Shown here: in pieces, positions 23,720-32,577 of the stretch
Numbering within the stretch: position 1 is the stretch's first letter
Layout of the letters: every line of letters begins with the position of its first letter
Source: Thraustochytrium aureum
Taxonomy: Eukaryota
Direction: 5' to 3'
Length of the DNA: 36,717 nt
Assembly (NCBI GenBank): GCA_012862495.1
Contig: BLSG01000282.1
Coordinates: 32,848-69,564, forward strand
The notes under the pieces: model-generated
Told to the model about the DNA's origin: nothing
What the model saw: the letters and a program-made list of their open reading frames with translations, nothing else
The model's database searches: none
Position numbers and translations under genes: made by a program

Positions 23720-23950
23720 GAAAAGAGAGACAAGGCAAGACAAGAAGAGAAGAGAAGAGAAAAGAAAAGAAAGGAAAAGAAAGGAGAGGAAGGCGTGAAT
23801 GGAAAAGACAGAATGAAGATGGACGATCGATCGATCGGAGTCCCTTGCGGTGCGGACGCGCGCGCCTTCGCAGGCCTCCGCTCTCGCTCGCTCGCGGCCG
23901 TCGTCCGGCTATTGTTGTTGCTGCTGCTGCTGTTGTTGTTGTTGTTGGCT
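23720..23950. repeat. Polypurine (AAG/AAAAG) tract and (TGT/TGC)n microsatellite upstream of the AP2 gene
   Basis: A/G-rich tract at about 23720-23815; tgttgttgctgctgctgctgttgttgttgttg at about 23912-23947. Confidence 0.8.
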
Positions 23951-24335
23951 GCGTTTCTCGCTTCGTAGGTACCTGCACCCAGCCTTCGGACGATCGCTGT
24001 ACGTTTGGCTTTTCAACTGCTCCAGGCGAGGCCGACGACCCTCACAAAGTGCAGAGGACTCCATCAAATGCTGCAGGCGGAAGGCAAGCAAGCAGGCAGG
24101 CAAGCTGGCGCAGGCAAGCAGGCTGGCACAGGACAACGACAAACTCGAAATCGCCATCTCGACTTTGACCGCCAGGAGCCGCGAGGACGACCACGAAGGC
24201 CGCCAAGTCGTCCGCGTTGAGGGGCCCAAGACAGCCACGCGCGGCCGAGGGCAACCGCCGCAGCTTGATTGACGAGCAGGTCAGCGGCCATCGCGCTGTC
24301 TGCGCTGCGCCGACTGTTGGCCGGATTGTACCGGT

Positions 24336-26372
24336 ATGAGCTCCGGGCCAAGACAGGTCCAATCGAGTTATCAAGAAAACGCAAGCAACGAGCAGAGCGC
24401 CGACATGCCAGCCATGGGCGACGCAGTCGGGGTCCTCAACACAACGGCGCACGCAAGGGCATCCGCGAAGAGGAGGCGGCCAGACGACACGTTCAACACG
24501 GTGCAAAACTTCCTTGCCAGCGGCAAAGCCGGCAACAGCATCATTCTGCCACTTCAAGTCGCCCACGCCGGCGACCCGCAGGAGTTCCAGCAAGTCCTGC
24601 TGCAGCTGCAGCAACTGCGGCAGTTTCAACAATTGCAGCACCTGAAACAGTTCCAGCTCGCCGGCATCGCGCAAGCGCCAGAGCAAGTGCGGCCCGCCTC
24701 CCCAACGCGCAACCAGCAGTTCCAGTTCGCCCAGCACCAGCAACAACAGCACCAGCACCAGCACCAGGGACCAAGCTTTCAGCACCAGGGACCAAGCTTT
24801 CAGCAACTACACGAGCAACCGCGCGCGCAATCGGGGCAGTACACCATGAGTGTCAAGCAAGAGTCGGGGGCCGGGCGCGCCATGCAAGAGCGGAGCTTCG
24901 TGCATAGCCTCTCCTTTAACAACGAGTCCAGCATGCTGCCAGGAACGACACCAAACCTGTTCGGCCCTGCCCTCATCTCGGCGTTGCACGCCCGCGGCCC
25001 GAACAACGCGGGCCAGCAACAGCTCCAGCAGCCACAAGACCTCTTGGCACAGCTTGAGCAACAACAACTCTTGCAATCGCAACTGCTCCAGCTCCAGGGC
25101 CTCGCCGCACGTGGCTCAAGTTTCGCAGCCAACTCTGCACAAGAGGCGCAACGGTTCCCGGGCATGCCGGGGCCAGCAAACATTGCCGCCTTCGCCCAGC
25201 TTCAGCTCCAGCAAGGGCAGCCGGCTACGGCGCTCCCGCCTCACTTTGTGCACCCGTTTCTGCACACTGGCTCCCATCTCGCAAGCGGCACCAGCCCCTT
25301 CGCGCTGCGCGCGCCAGCAGCAGAGGCCCGCCAGCCAGACGACCAGTCCGCCGAGGAGGCGGCCTCGAGGGAACTCCAGCGCAAGTACATGGCCCGTCTC
25401 TCCAGCTTGCTTCGCGGCAACGCCGGCGCCGACGGCGCCGCGGCCTCGGATTCCGTCACGTCCGGCAAGCTCGGTGATTTCATCAAGGGGGCCAGCAGCA
25501 GCCTCCTCGAGTCCCTCGCCGAGCCCGGCGCAAATCCCCAGCCGGAGCTGGCCTCGCGAGGCTCGGACAGAGCAAGCAACGAAACCTCCTCCGCCCCGCC
25601 ATCGGCGCTCAGTGTGCAGGACGACGGGACAGTCGCACTCGCGTCGCGCCGCGTGCGGCAGCGCCCGCAACGGAGCTCAAGGTTTCACGGCGTGCACTGG
25701 CGCACTGGCGACAAGCCATGGATGGCGCACGTCATGTCTGCGGGCAAGTCGGTTCACGTGGGCTATTTTGCCTCCGAGGAAGAGGCGGCGCGCGCCTACG
25801 ACAAGTACGCGCGGGAAGCCAACATCAAGGACGCTAGTCTCGTCAACCCGATCAACTTTGAGCTCGAGGGCGGCGCCTCAGAGGCGCCGCTGTCCGGGAG
25901 CTCAGCCGGCGAAAACATCTCGCTCTCCGTCCTCGAGCAGGGCGCCTCCCTGGTCGACGCCAAGGGCCCCGCCGCGACAGGGCGCGCCGCTACCGGAGCT
26001 CCTGCTGGCGAGGCCTCGTCAGCTACGCCCGACTCGCCGAGCGGCAAGGCCGCGGGGCCCTCGGCCTCGGGCGAGCTGCACGCCTCGTCGCAGCGTCTGC
26101 AAAACCCGACCTCTTCAAAGTACCGGGGCGTCTGCTGGAACAAGTGCAACAGCTCGTGGAAAGCTAGCATCAAGGTCAACGGCAAAAACACCCACATTGG
26201 GTACTATGACAACATGCACGAGGCCGCGCTTGCGTACGACCTGAGGGCCCTCCAGGTCCGCGGGGAGCGCGCCGTGCTCAACTTTCGCCGCGCACTCCCC
26301 GAATTGGACAACCTTCGCTTGGCTTCTAGCGTAACTCGCAAGCCGAAGCGCCGCAACACCGGCAACAGCTGA
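24336..26372 (+). CDS. AP2-domain transcription factor with two AP2 domains and a Q-rich N-terminal region
   Basis: Uninterrupted 678-aa ORF. AP2-1 SSRFHGVHW..KPWMAHV..GKSVHVGYFASEEEAARAYD..INF (~25670-25860). AP2-2 SSKYRGVCWNK..SWKASIKVNGKNTHIGYYDNMHEAALAYDLRALQVRGERAVLNF (~26110-26285). NLS-like AKRRRP and RKPKRR. 21-bp duplication HQGPSFQ x2. Alternative ATGs at 24405 and 24414. Confidence 0.93.
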   Translation: MSSGPRQVQSSYQENASNEQSADMPAMGDAVGVLNTTAHARASAKRRRPDDTFNTVQNFLASGKAGNSIILPLQVAHAGDPQEFQQVLLQLQQLRQFQQLQHLKQFQLAGIAQAPEQVRPASPTRNQQFQFAQHQQQQHQHQHQGPSFQHQGPSFQQLHEQPRAQSGQYTMSVKQESGAGRAMQERSFVHSLSFNNESSMLPGTTPNLFGPALISALHARGPNNAGQQQLQQPQDLLAQLEQQQLLQSQLLQLQGLAARGSSFAANSAQEAQRFPGMPGPANIAAFAQLQLQQGQPATALPPHFVHPFLHTGSHLASGTSPFALRAPAAEARQPDDQSAEEAASRELQRKYMARLSSLLRGNAGADGAAASDSVTSGKLGDFIKGASSSLLESLAEPGANPQPELASRGSDRASNETSSAPPSALSVQDDGTVALASRRVRQRPQRSSRFHGVHWRTGDKPWMAHVMSAGKSVHVGYFASEEEAARAYDKYAREANIKDASLVNPINFELEGGASEAPLSGSSAGENISLSVLEQGASLVDAKGPAATGRAATGAPAGEASSATPDSPSGKAAGPSASGELHASSQRLQNPTSSKYRGVCWNKCNSSWKASIKVNGKNTHIGYYDNMHEAALAYDLRALQVRGERAVLNFRRALPELDNLRLASSVTRKPKRRNTGNS

Positions 26373-26568
26373 GGTCTGTGCGGGCTCCAAGTACTCTACC
26401 CTACTCTGCTGGGTGAGCGAAGGACAAACATACACTGCTCGAGCCAGCGCCAACATTTCTCTTTGTAGGTAGACCACTGGCTCTCTCTCAAGAGAGTCCA
26501 AGAAAACCATCAAGCTCTTGAGCGGCATCCCTGCTCCGCCCCATTGGTGTTCCTGCTGCCGTGGCCCG

Positions 26569-27077
26569 TCAGAGCAGCTTGAGGTGGCCAGTGACCTTGT
26601 CAATGACGTCGGCCGGCCCGGGCCCGATCGCGCAGACGGTCCGAGACCCCGGCGCGATCTGCGTGCGGCCAGCGTCAGCTACTACGTACACGGGCAGCCC
26701 GTGCGCCTGCGCTGCGGCCGCCACCTTGAGCAGCTCCTCCAGAGTTGGGCACTTGAGAGCAATCTTGGGCTGTCCGGACCGCGCCCACGGCGCCACAAAC
26801 GCGGCAGGCGCTCGCCGAAACGCCCCGAGGCAGGCGTGGCAGCACTGGGCCGCCATCTTGCCGTTCGTCATCTTGAGCGCCTTGTTCACGCACATCACCA
26901 TCTTGTACTCGCGGTTCGCAGGCTCCCCGTCCTCTTCCTCGCTCTCTACGTCCGAGTCCAGCAGGTCGAGCCCGGTCAGCTCCTTGGCTCGCGCGACTTC
27001 GGCCTGCGCCGCGCCGTGGCGCCGTCCCCACGCCCACACTGCGGCCAGCGCGCCGATAGCGCTCACCGCGCCCAGCG
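26569..27077 (-). CDS. PTH2: Peptidyl-tRNA hydrolase 2 (PTH2/Bit1 family) with N-terminal hydrophobic anchor; 5' end in the gap
   Basis: YKMVMCVNKALKMTNGKMAAQCCHA, W..SGQPKIALK, VADAGRTQIAPGSRTVCAIGPGP..IDKVTGHLKLL*. Preceded by hydrophobic LGAVSAIGALAAVWAW. Confidence 0.96.
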
Positions 27078-27596
27078 NNNNNNNNNNNNNNNNNNNNNNN
27101 NNNNNNNNNNNNNNNNNNNNNNNNNNNNNNNNNNNNNNNNNNNNNNNNNNNNNNNNNNNNNNNNNNNNNNNNNNNNNNNNNNNNNNNNNNNNNNNNNNNN
27201 NNNNNNNNNNNNNNNNNNNNNNNNNNNNNNNNNNNNNNNNNNNNNNNNNNNNNNNNNNNNNNNNNNNNNNNNNNNNNNNNNNNNNNNNNNNNNNNNNNNN
27301 NNNNNNNNNNNNNNNNNNNNNNNNNNNNNNNNNNNNNNNNNNNNNNNNNNNNNGGCGCGGACAGTGCGGACGCTCGAGAGCTCTAGGCGCGCTATGGTGG
27401 TTCGCGCTGGCTGCCCTGGAGCGCGGCCGGTGCTGGCGGGGTTCGGGTGGCGCGCCGAGGGCGAGGATGGCGCGGAATGTGTGGCCGTGACGGGCGGGGG
27501 CGCGGCTGGCGAAGCCGGAGCGCGCTAGGACGCTGCTGGCGAGAGCGGCGGGAGGCGGGCTGTGTTGCTTTTACCGCTTTGGGCTGCTCGACGCTC

Positions 27597-27758
27597 TATT
27601 TGTTTATTTATTTGGTTTGGTTTGGTTTGTCTTCTCGGTTTGGGCGTTCGACCGGGCTGGGCTGCTGCTGCCGCTAACGCTGCCGCTGCTGCTGCTGCTG
27701 CCGCTACCGCTGCCGCTGCTGCTGCTGCTGCTGCCGCTGCTGCTGCCGCTCGTGCTGC
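27597..27758. repeat. TTTA/TTTGG low-complexity tract and (GCT/GCC)n microsatellite between the C2 gene 3' end and PTH2
   Basis: tatttgtttatttatttggtttggtttggtttg, then about 100 nt of gctgctgccgct. Confidence 0.85.
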
Positions 27759-27842
27759 AAGGCGGCTGGTTGTGGGGACGGACGCGGGGCGAAGTGGCTG
27801 ATTCGTCGAAATTATTGTTTTTTGTTTGCCTGGCGTCAACAG

Positions 27843-30365
27843 CTAGGCAGAGGAGACGGACTTGAACTCCTCCAGCGGGATGTCGTGCTTCTTCAGCGCG
27901 GAGATCCACTTGCGCAACACGTTGGACTCGCTGGGATCGACATTGGGCCCTGGCGCTGCGTCGCGCAGGCGCACGACGTGATTGTCCTCCTGCACGTTGA
28001 GCAAGAGCTCGTTCTGGTCCCGCACGTGCACCGCGCTGTAGACGGAGGCCAAGGTTACCTTGTACGTCAGGTTGTAGGTGACGCCTTTCGGCACTACCTT
28101 GTGCTTGCGGTAGAAGAGCGTGTCCCCCTTGAGCTCAAAGTACTTTGTCTTGAAGGCCGCCCGGTGGCGCGCGATCTGCGCCATGGCAGCGTTGGAGATC
28201 TCGCCGCGCACCTTGACAGCGGCGCGGTCGAGGTGGCCCGCGAGCTCGACCTCGGAAGACAAAAAGTCCTCGTCGTCCGCCTCGACGGCGATCTTGAACT
28301 GCGCCTTGTTCTGATTCCGCTTGGTCACGTTCTGGTGCATCACTGCAAACCCCGACCGCGCCATGGAAGCCACGCCCTTGATCTGCCGCGAGCGGATCGG
28401 GACCATGGCCTTGTCGAGCTGACCGGTGAGCAAGCTCTTGAACTTGTACCCAAAGTTGAACATGCCGCCAGACATGATCTGCGCGATGGCGCCCCCCAGG
28501 CGGCCCGAACGCGCAGCACTGGTGAGCAGACCGATAAAGAAACCCATAAACGCGTCGTACGAGGTGATTCCCTCGTCGCCGCCCTTGGGGCGAAACTGCT
28601 TGCGCATCTCCAGTATTGGCAGCTTGACGCAATCGGCGCCGGCCGGGCCCGTGGACGACTTGACCAGCGTCTCAGGCTTGCCCTTGTGCCCGCGAAACAG
28701 GTCCTGGACGTAAAAGCGCGTGCCCCGCACGGTGAACCGGCGAATGTCGTAGCAGAACGGCTCGTGGTTGAGCCAGTCCCGGAACCGCGCCCAGTCGCCA
28801 AACCGGAGCTGGTCGTCGTTCGACTGCTGCGTCAGCTGCTCGAGCGCCGTGTAGCGGCGCTCCGGCACGTATCTATTCTCAAGTTGGGCCTCCGGGACGT
28901 TGCGCCACGTCAGCTCGACCTGGAGCTGGCCGCAGAGGCCCATTTTTTTCCACTTTTTGGTCGCCAGCGGAATCCAGCCGGAGAACCCGGTGCCCCCGTT
29001 CCCGGCGCGCTTGCGGTTCGAGTACACCTTGAAGTCCTCGTCGTAGTGCCAGCAGAAGGACGGGTCGGTGCCCAGGTACTTTGTTGTCATCGCCCAGTGC
29101 CCGATCAACGCGGCTTGGTTGCCCTCCGGCGCGTCGCGGTCGTACACGGCAATCTCAATCACGATGCTCGCGTCCTCCACGTGAAACACGAGTTCCTCGT
29201 TCCACATCGGGTTGAGCGTGTGGTTTTGCGTGTGTGTTTTGGCCTCCTGGCGCCGGCAGCGGACCACCACGTACGGGTCGCAGGTCTTCTTGAGGCGGTG
29301 CGGGAGCAGGTGCTTGCCGCGCAGCACGCGCACGTGCAGCTGGTTGGGGAACGGCGCTCGCCCGAGCGCCGCGCTCACCTCGCCGTTCGCCAGGATGCGC
29401 GTGAACTCGTTGATGTTAAACTTGCCCTCGAACATCTGAAAGTTGACCATCGGGTCGTCGACCTCGACGTGGTTAAAGTCGAACTTGATGTACCGCTCAA
29501 AGTCTGGCACCTTGCGCAGGGGCACCTTTTCCTTGCGCAAGCGCAGCAGGTTCCACAGCTGCCGGATCGGAAAGCTGCCCTCTATGTCGAGCCTGTGGCA
29601 CGACACAAAGTCTTCAAAGGGGAACCCCGGCGGGTTGCCGAAGGCGGCGTCCTGGACCAGGAGCCGGCAGTAGATGCGCCAGTCCTTGATCCACGGCGTC
29701 AGGCTGAGCGCGCCAACGCGGAACGGGTATCCGTTCAGGGGGCCCAGGTACCGCAGCCCCATCGCAAAGCACCACCCCAGAAACACGGGGAAGCTCAGGT
29801 AGATGTAGACCACCAGCGGGATGAACAGAAATTGCCCAAACAGCGCGTACGGCACGCCGGGGACGAGGTTGATCGCGAGCGCCGGCACAAACAGCGCCGT
29901 CAGCATCACCCAACTCATCGCGCCGCCGCCAAGCCCGGCGAGCTTGAGGTCGGGCAGCCACCCAGGCGAGTGCTTTGCCAAAAGGTCGTCGATGTCGGCC
30001 TCGTCCAGCTCTTCGACGTTCTCCATGCTAAGCCCGCCGGCGTCCTGCAGCATCTCATGCATGTCCAGCTCTTCGTCGAACTGGGCCGCGCTGCTCGACG
30101 CCATACGCTTTTTCGAGGTGCGCTTGCTGCGCGCCGCCTTGGCCTTCTTCCGCTTGTCCCCGGCGCTCCCGCTCGGGCTGCTGATCCCCAGGGGGATGTC
30201 CTCTGCCTCGGCGCTCATGTCGTTGCTATCGTCCTCGTCGTCTAGCGCGAGCAGCATGTCGCTCGATGCGGGGTTGAACGCCTCGAACGCGCCATCGTCC
30301 GTCCCTGTCTCGCCGTACATGTCGTCGAACGAGACATTGCTGACACCCAAGTTGCCTTTGCCCAT
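27843..30365 (-). CDS. Membrane protein: N-terminal TM helices, AsmA-like segment, C2 domain, C-terminal PH domain
   Basis: Uninterrupted ORF. First ATG at 30365, but the frame is open up to the gap at 30443. Hydrophobic block 29918-29745. FGNPPGF at ~29630. C2 domain LHVRVLRGKHL..CDPYVVV..KT..NHTLNPMWNEELVF..IEIAVYDRD..LIG (29345-28900). PH-like LAGHL..FKTKYFELKGDTLFYRK..LRKWISAL (28245-27870). Confidence 0.85.
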   Translation of the reverse strand: MGKGNLGVSNVSFDDMYGETGTDDGAFEAFNPASSDMLLALDDEDDSNDMSAEAEDIPLGISSPSGSAGDKRKKAKAARSKRTSKKRMASSSAAQFDEELDMHEMLQDAGGLSMENVEELDEADIDDLLAKHSPGWLPDLKLAGLGGGAMSWVMLTALFVPALAINLVPGVPYALFGQFLFIPLVVYIYLSFPVFLGWCFAMGLRYLGPLNGYPFRVGALSLTPWIKDWRIYCRLLVQDAAFGNPPGFPFEDFVSCHRLDIEGSFPIRQLWNLLRLRKEKVPLRKVPDFERYIKFDFNHVEVDDPMVNFQMFEGKFNINEFTRILANGEVSAALGRAPFPNQLHVRVLRGKHLLPHRLKKTCDPYVVVRCRRQEAKTHTQNHTLNPMWNEELVFHVEDASIVIEIAVYDRDAPEGNQAALIGHWAMTTKYLGTDPSFCWHYDEDFKVYSNRKRAGNGGTGFSGWIPLATKKWKKMGLCGQLQVELTWRNVPEAQLENRYVPERRYTALEQLTQQSNDDQLRFGDWARFRDWLNHEPFCYDIRRFTVRGTRFYVQDLFRGHKGKPETLVKSSTGPAGADCVKLPILEMRKQFRPKGGDEGITSYDAFMGFFIGLLTSAARSGRLGGAIAQIMSGGMFNFGYKFKSLLTGQLDKAMVPIRSRQIKGVASMARSGFAVMHQNVTKRNQNKAQFKIAVEADDEDFLSSEVELAGHLDRAAVKVRGEISNAAMAQIARHRAAFKTKYFELKGDTLFYRKHKVVPKGVTYNLTYKVTLASVYSAVHVRDQNELLLNVQEDNHVVRLRDAAPGPNVDPSESNVLRKWISALKKHDIPLEEFKSVSSA

Positions 30366-31432
30366 TCTCCCGCCAGCGACGCGCGCGCGCGCGCCCTTCA
30401 CCTTGACAGTCGCGTGCTGGCGCTCAACGTCGCAGCTCGTCCNNNNNNNNNNNNNNNNNNNNNNNNNNNNNNNNNNNNNNNNNNNNNNNNNNNNNNNNNN
30501 NNNNNNNNNNNNNNNNNNNNNNNNNNNNNNNNNNNNNNNNNNNNNNNNNNNNNNNNNNNNNNNNNNNNNNNNNNNNNNNNNNNNNNNNNNNNNNNNNNNN
30601 NNNNNNNNNNNNNNNNNNNNNNNNNNNNNNNNNNNNNNNNNNNNNNNNNNNNNNNNNNNNNNNNNNNNNNNNNNNNNNNNNNNNNNNNNNNNNNNNNNNN
30701 NNNNNNNNNNNNNNNNNNNNNNNNNNNNNNNNNNNNNNNNNNNNNNNNNNNNNNNNNNNNNNNNNNNNNNNNNNNNNNNNNNNNNNNNNNNNNNNNNNNN
30801 NNNNNNNNNNNNNNNNNNNNNNNNNNNNNNNNNNNNNNNNNNNNNNNNNNNNNNNNNNNNNNNNNNNNNNNNNNNNNNNNNNNNNNNNNNNNNNNNNNNN
30901 NNNNNNNNNNNNNNNNNNNNNNNNNNNNNNNNNNNNNNNNNNNNNNNNNNNNNNNNNNNNNNNNNNNNNNNNNNNNNNNNNNNNNNNNNNNNNNNNNNNN
31001 NNNNNNNNNNNNNNNNNNNNNNNNNNNNNNNNNNNNNNNNNNNNNNNNNNNNNNNNNNNNNNNNNNNNNNNNNNNNNNNNNNNNNNNNNNNNNNNNNNNN
31101 NNNNNNNNNNNNNNNNNNNNNNNNNNNNNNNNNNNNNNNNNNNNNNNNNNNNNNNNNNNNNNNNNNNNNNNNNNNNNNNNNNNNNNNNNNNNNNNNNNNN
31201 NNNNNNNNNNNNNNNNNNNNNNNNNNNNNNNNNNNNNNNNNNNNNNNNNNNNNNNNNNNNNNNNNNNNNNNNNNNNNNNNNNNNNNNNNNNNNNNNNNNN
31301 NNNNNNNNNNNNNNNNNNNNNNNNNNNNNNNNNGAGCTCGCGGCTGGCGCGGCGGGCACGGCCTTGGCTCTCGGAGGACGTGCGTGGCTGCGCAGCGGGC
31401 GGGCAGACAGGGCCCGCTTGGAGGACGACGGC

Positions 31433-32577
31433 ATGGCGGCCTCGCATGAGGACGCCGCGGCGGGGATTTGGGGCCTCGTAAGTTGAGGCGGGCGGGCGGG
31501 CTTGGGTTGGTTGGTTGGTCGTGGCGAGCGGGAGCTGACGCGGCGCGGCGCGGGGCAAGGAGCCTGTCGTGGACGAGGCCGAGCGGGCCAAGTCGGCCGC
31601 GATCGACGACAAGCTACGGCAAGACAGGATCGAGAGCATCAGATCGGCGTGCAGCGTGCTCGTGCTCGGCGAAGCCTCCGAGCATGCCAACGAATCCAGG
31701 CACCGCATGGCTGTAAGCCTCGCCCGCGCACTGACGGGCACAGCCCAAGCGGCGGCGGGCAAGACGCCGGCCGACGAAGTACGCGTGTCCGGGCGCCTCG
31801 ACGACAGCGACGTCCAGGCGGCCTCGTTCCCTTGCAGCAAGACAGATAAGGCCAGCAAGATGCGGCTTGCCGCTGCCGACCCGAGCGTTCTCGTGTACGT
31901 GGTGAGCACCCCTTGCGAGAGCGGCGCCGCCCCCGCAGACGACGGGGCAGAGATTGTCAAGGCGCTGCGGCGGGCTCTGAGCCATCTCCTCTTCGCCTCG
32001 CACTCTATCGGCACCCTGCACGAGACCGCCGTCTGCATCGTCGTGGCCAACTGCGGCGCACTCCGCGAGGCGCTTGGAGCGCTCCGGGACAACGAGGAGT
32101 TCTTCGCGCGCCTCCGCAAGCACTTTGTAGGGCTTGCGTCATCGGAGCCGGAGGAGGTTTTGCTCGGGGGTTGTGGCCGAGCTCGAGACAGCCGTCAAAA
32201 CCTTCAACGTGCCAGAGGTCCGCTGCATCTTCTTCGAGGACCGCATCCTTGACCAAGACGGCTCGGCAGGGCTGGCGGACCAAATGCTCAGCGTGCTGCA
32301 AAACATCCAGGCCAGCCGCGTCAAAGCCGCGCAAGCCGCGAATATGGAGTGCAGCGTTTTCAACACGCGCCCGCGGGAGGGGGGCAGCCCGGCAGCTGCC
32401 GGGGTCGGCTCGGCCAAGGTCAGCGGCGAGGCCGCCACGAGCGCCGCTCGGGGGCAGGCGCGGAGCTTGGCGGCCTTGCTCGGGAGCCCGATTTTCCGGC
32501 TGGCGCTCTTTGGCGTGGTGCTTGCTGTGCTCACGTTCATGCTCCTGCAGTCGGTGCAAGCCGAGGCGCAATTGTAA
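31433..32577 (+). CDS. Divergent G-protein-alpha-like protein with C-terminal TM anchor (exon 1 31433-31477; exon 2 31560-32577 with a +1 frameshift at the G-run 32166-32170)
   Basis: ggcATGG start; spliced frame MAASHEDAAAGIWGL|EPVVDEAERAKSAAIDDKLRQDRIESIRSACSVLVLG. The two ORF halves join at ctcGGGGGttgtg. C-terminal hydrophobic IFRLALFGVVLAVLTFMLL. The gene model is well supported; the G-alpha relationship is my pattern inference. Confidence 0.7.
31478..31559 (+). other. GT-AG intron (82 nt, phase 0)
   Basis: CTC|GTAAGT...GAGCTGACGC...GGCAAG|GAG, giving an in-frame join. Confidence 0.88.

Noticed and set aside
27822..30245. 807-aa plus-strand ORF and other long antisense ORFs (e.g. 14460-15761, 11785-12573, 36069-36701)
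   Set aside because: They are shadows of real genes on the opposite strand, expected from GC-rich codon usage, and carry no recognisable motifs.
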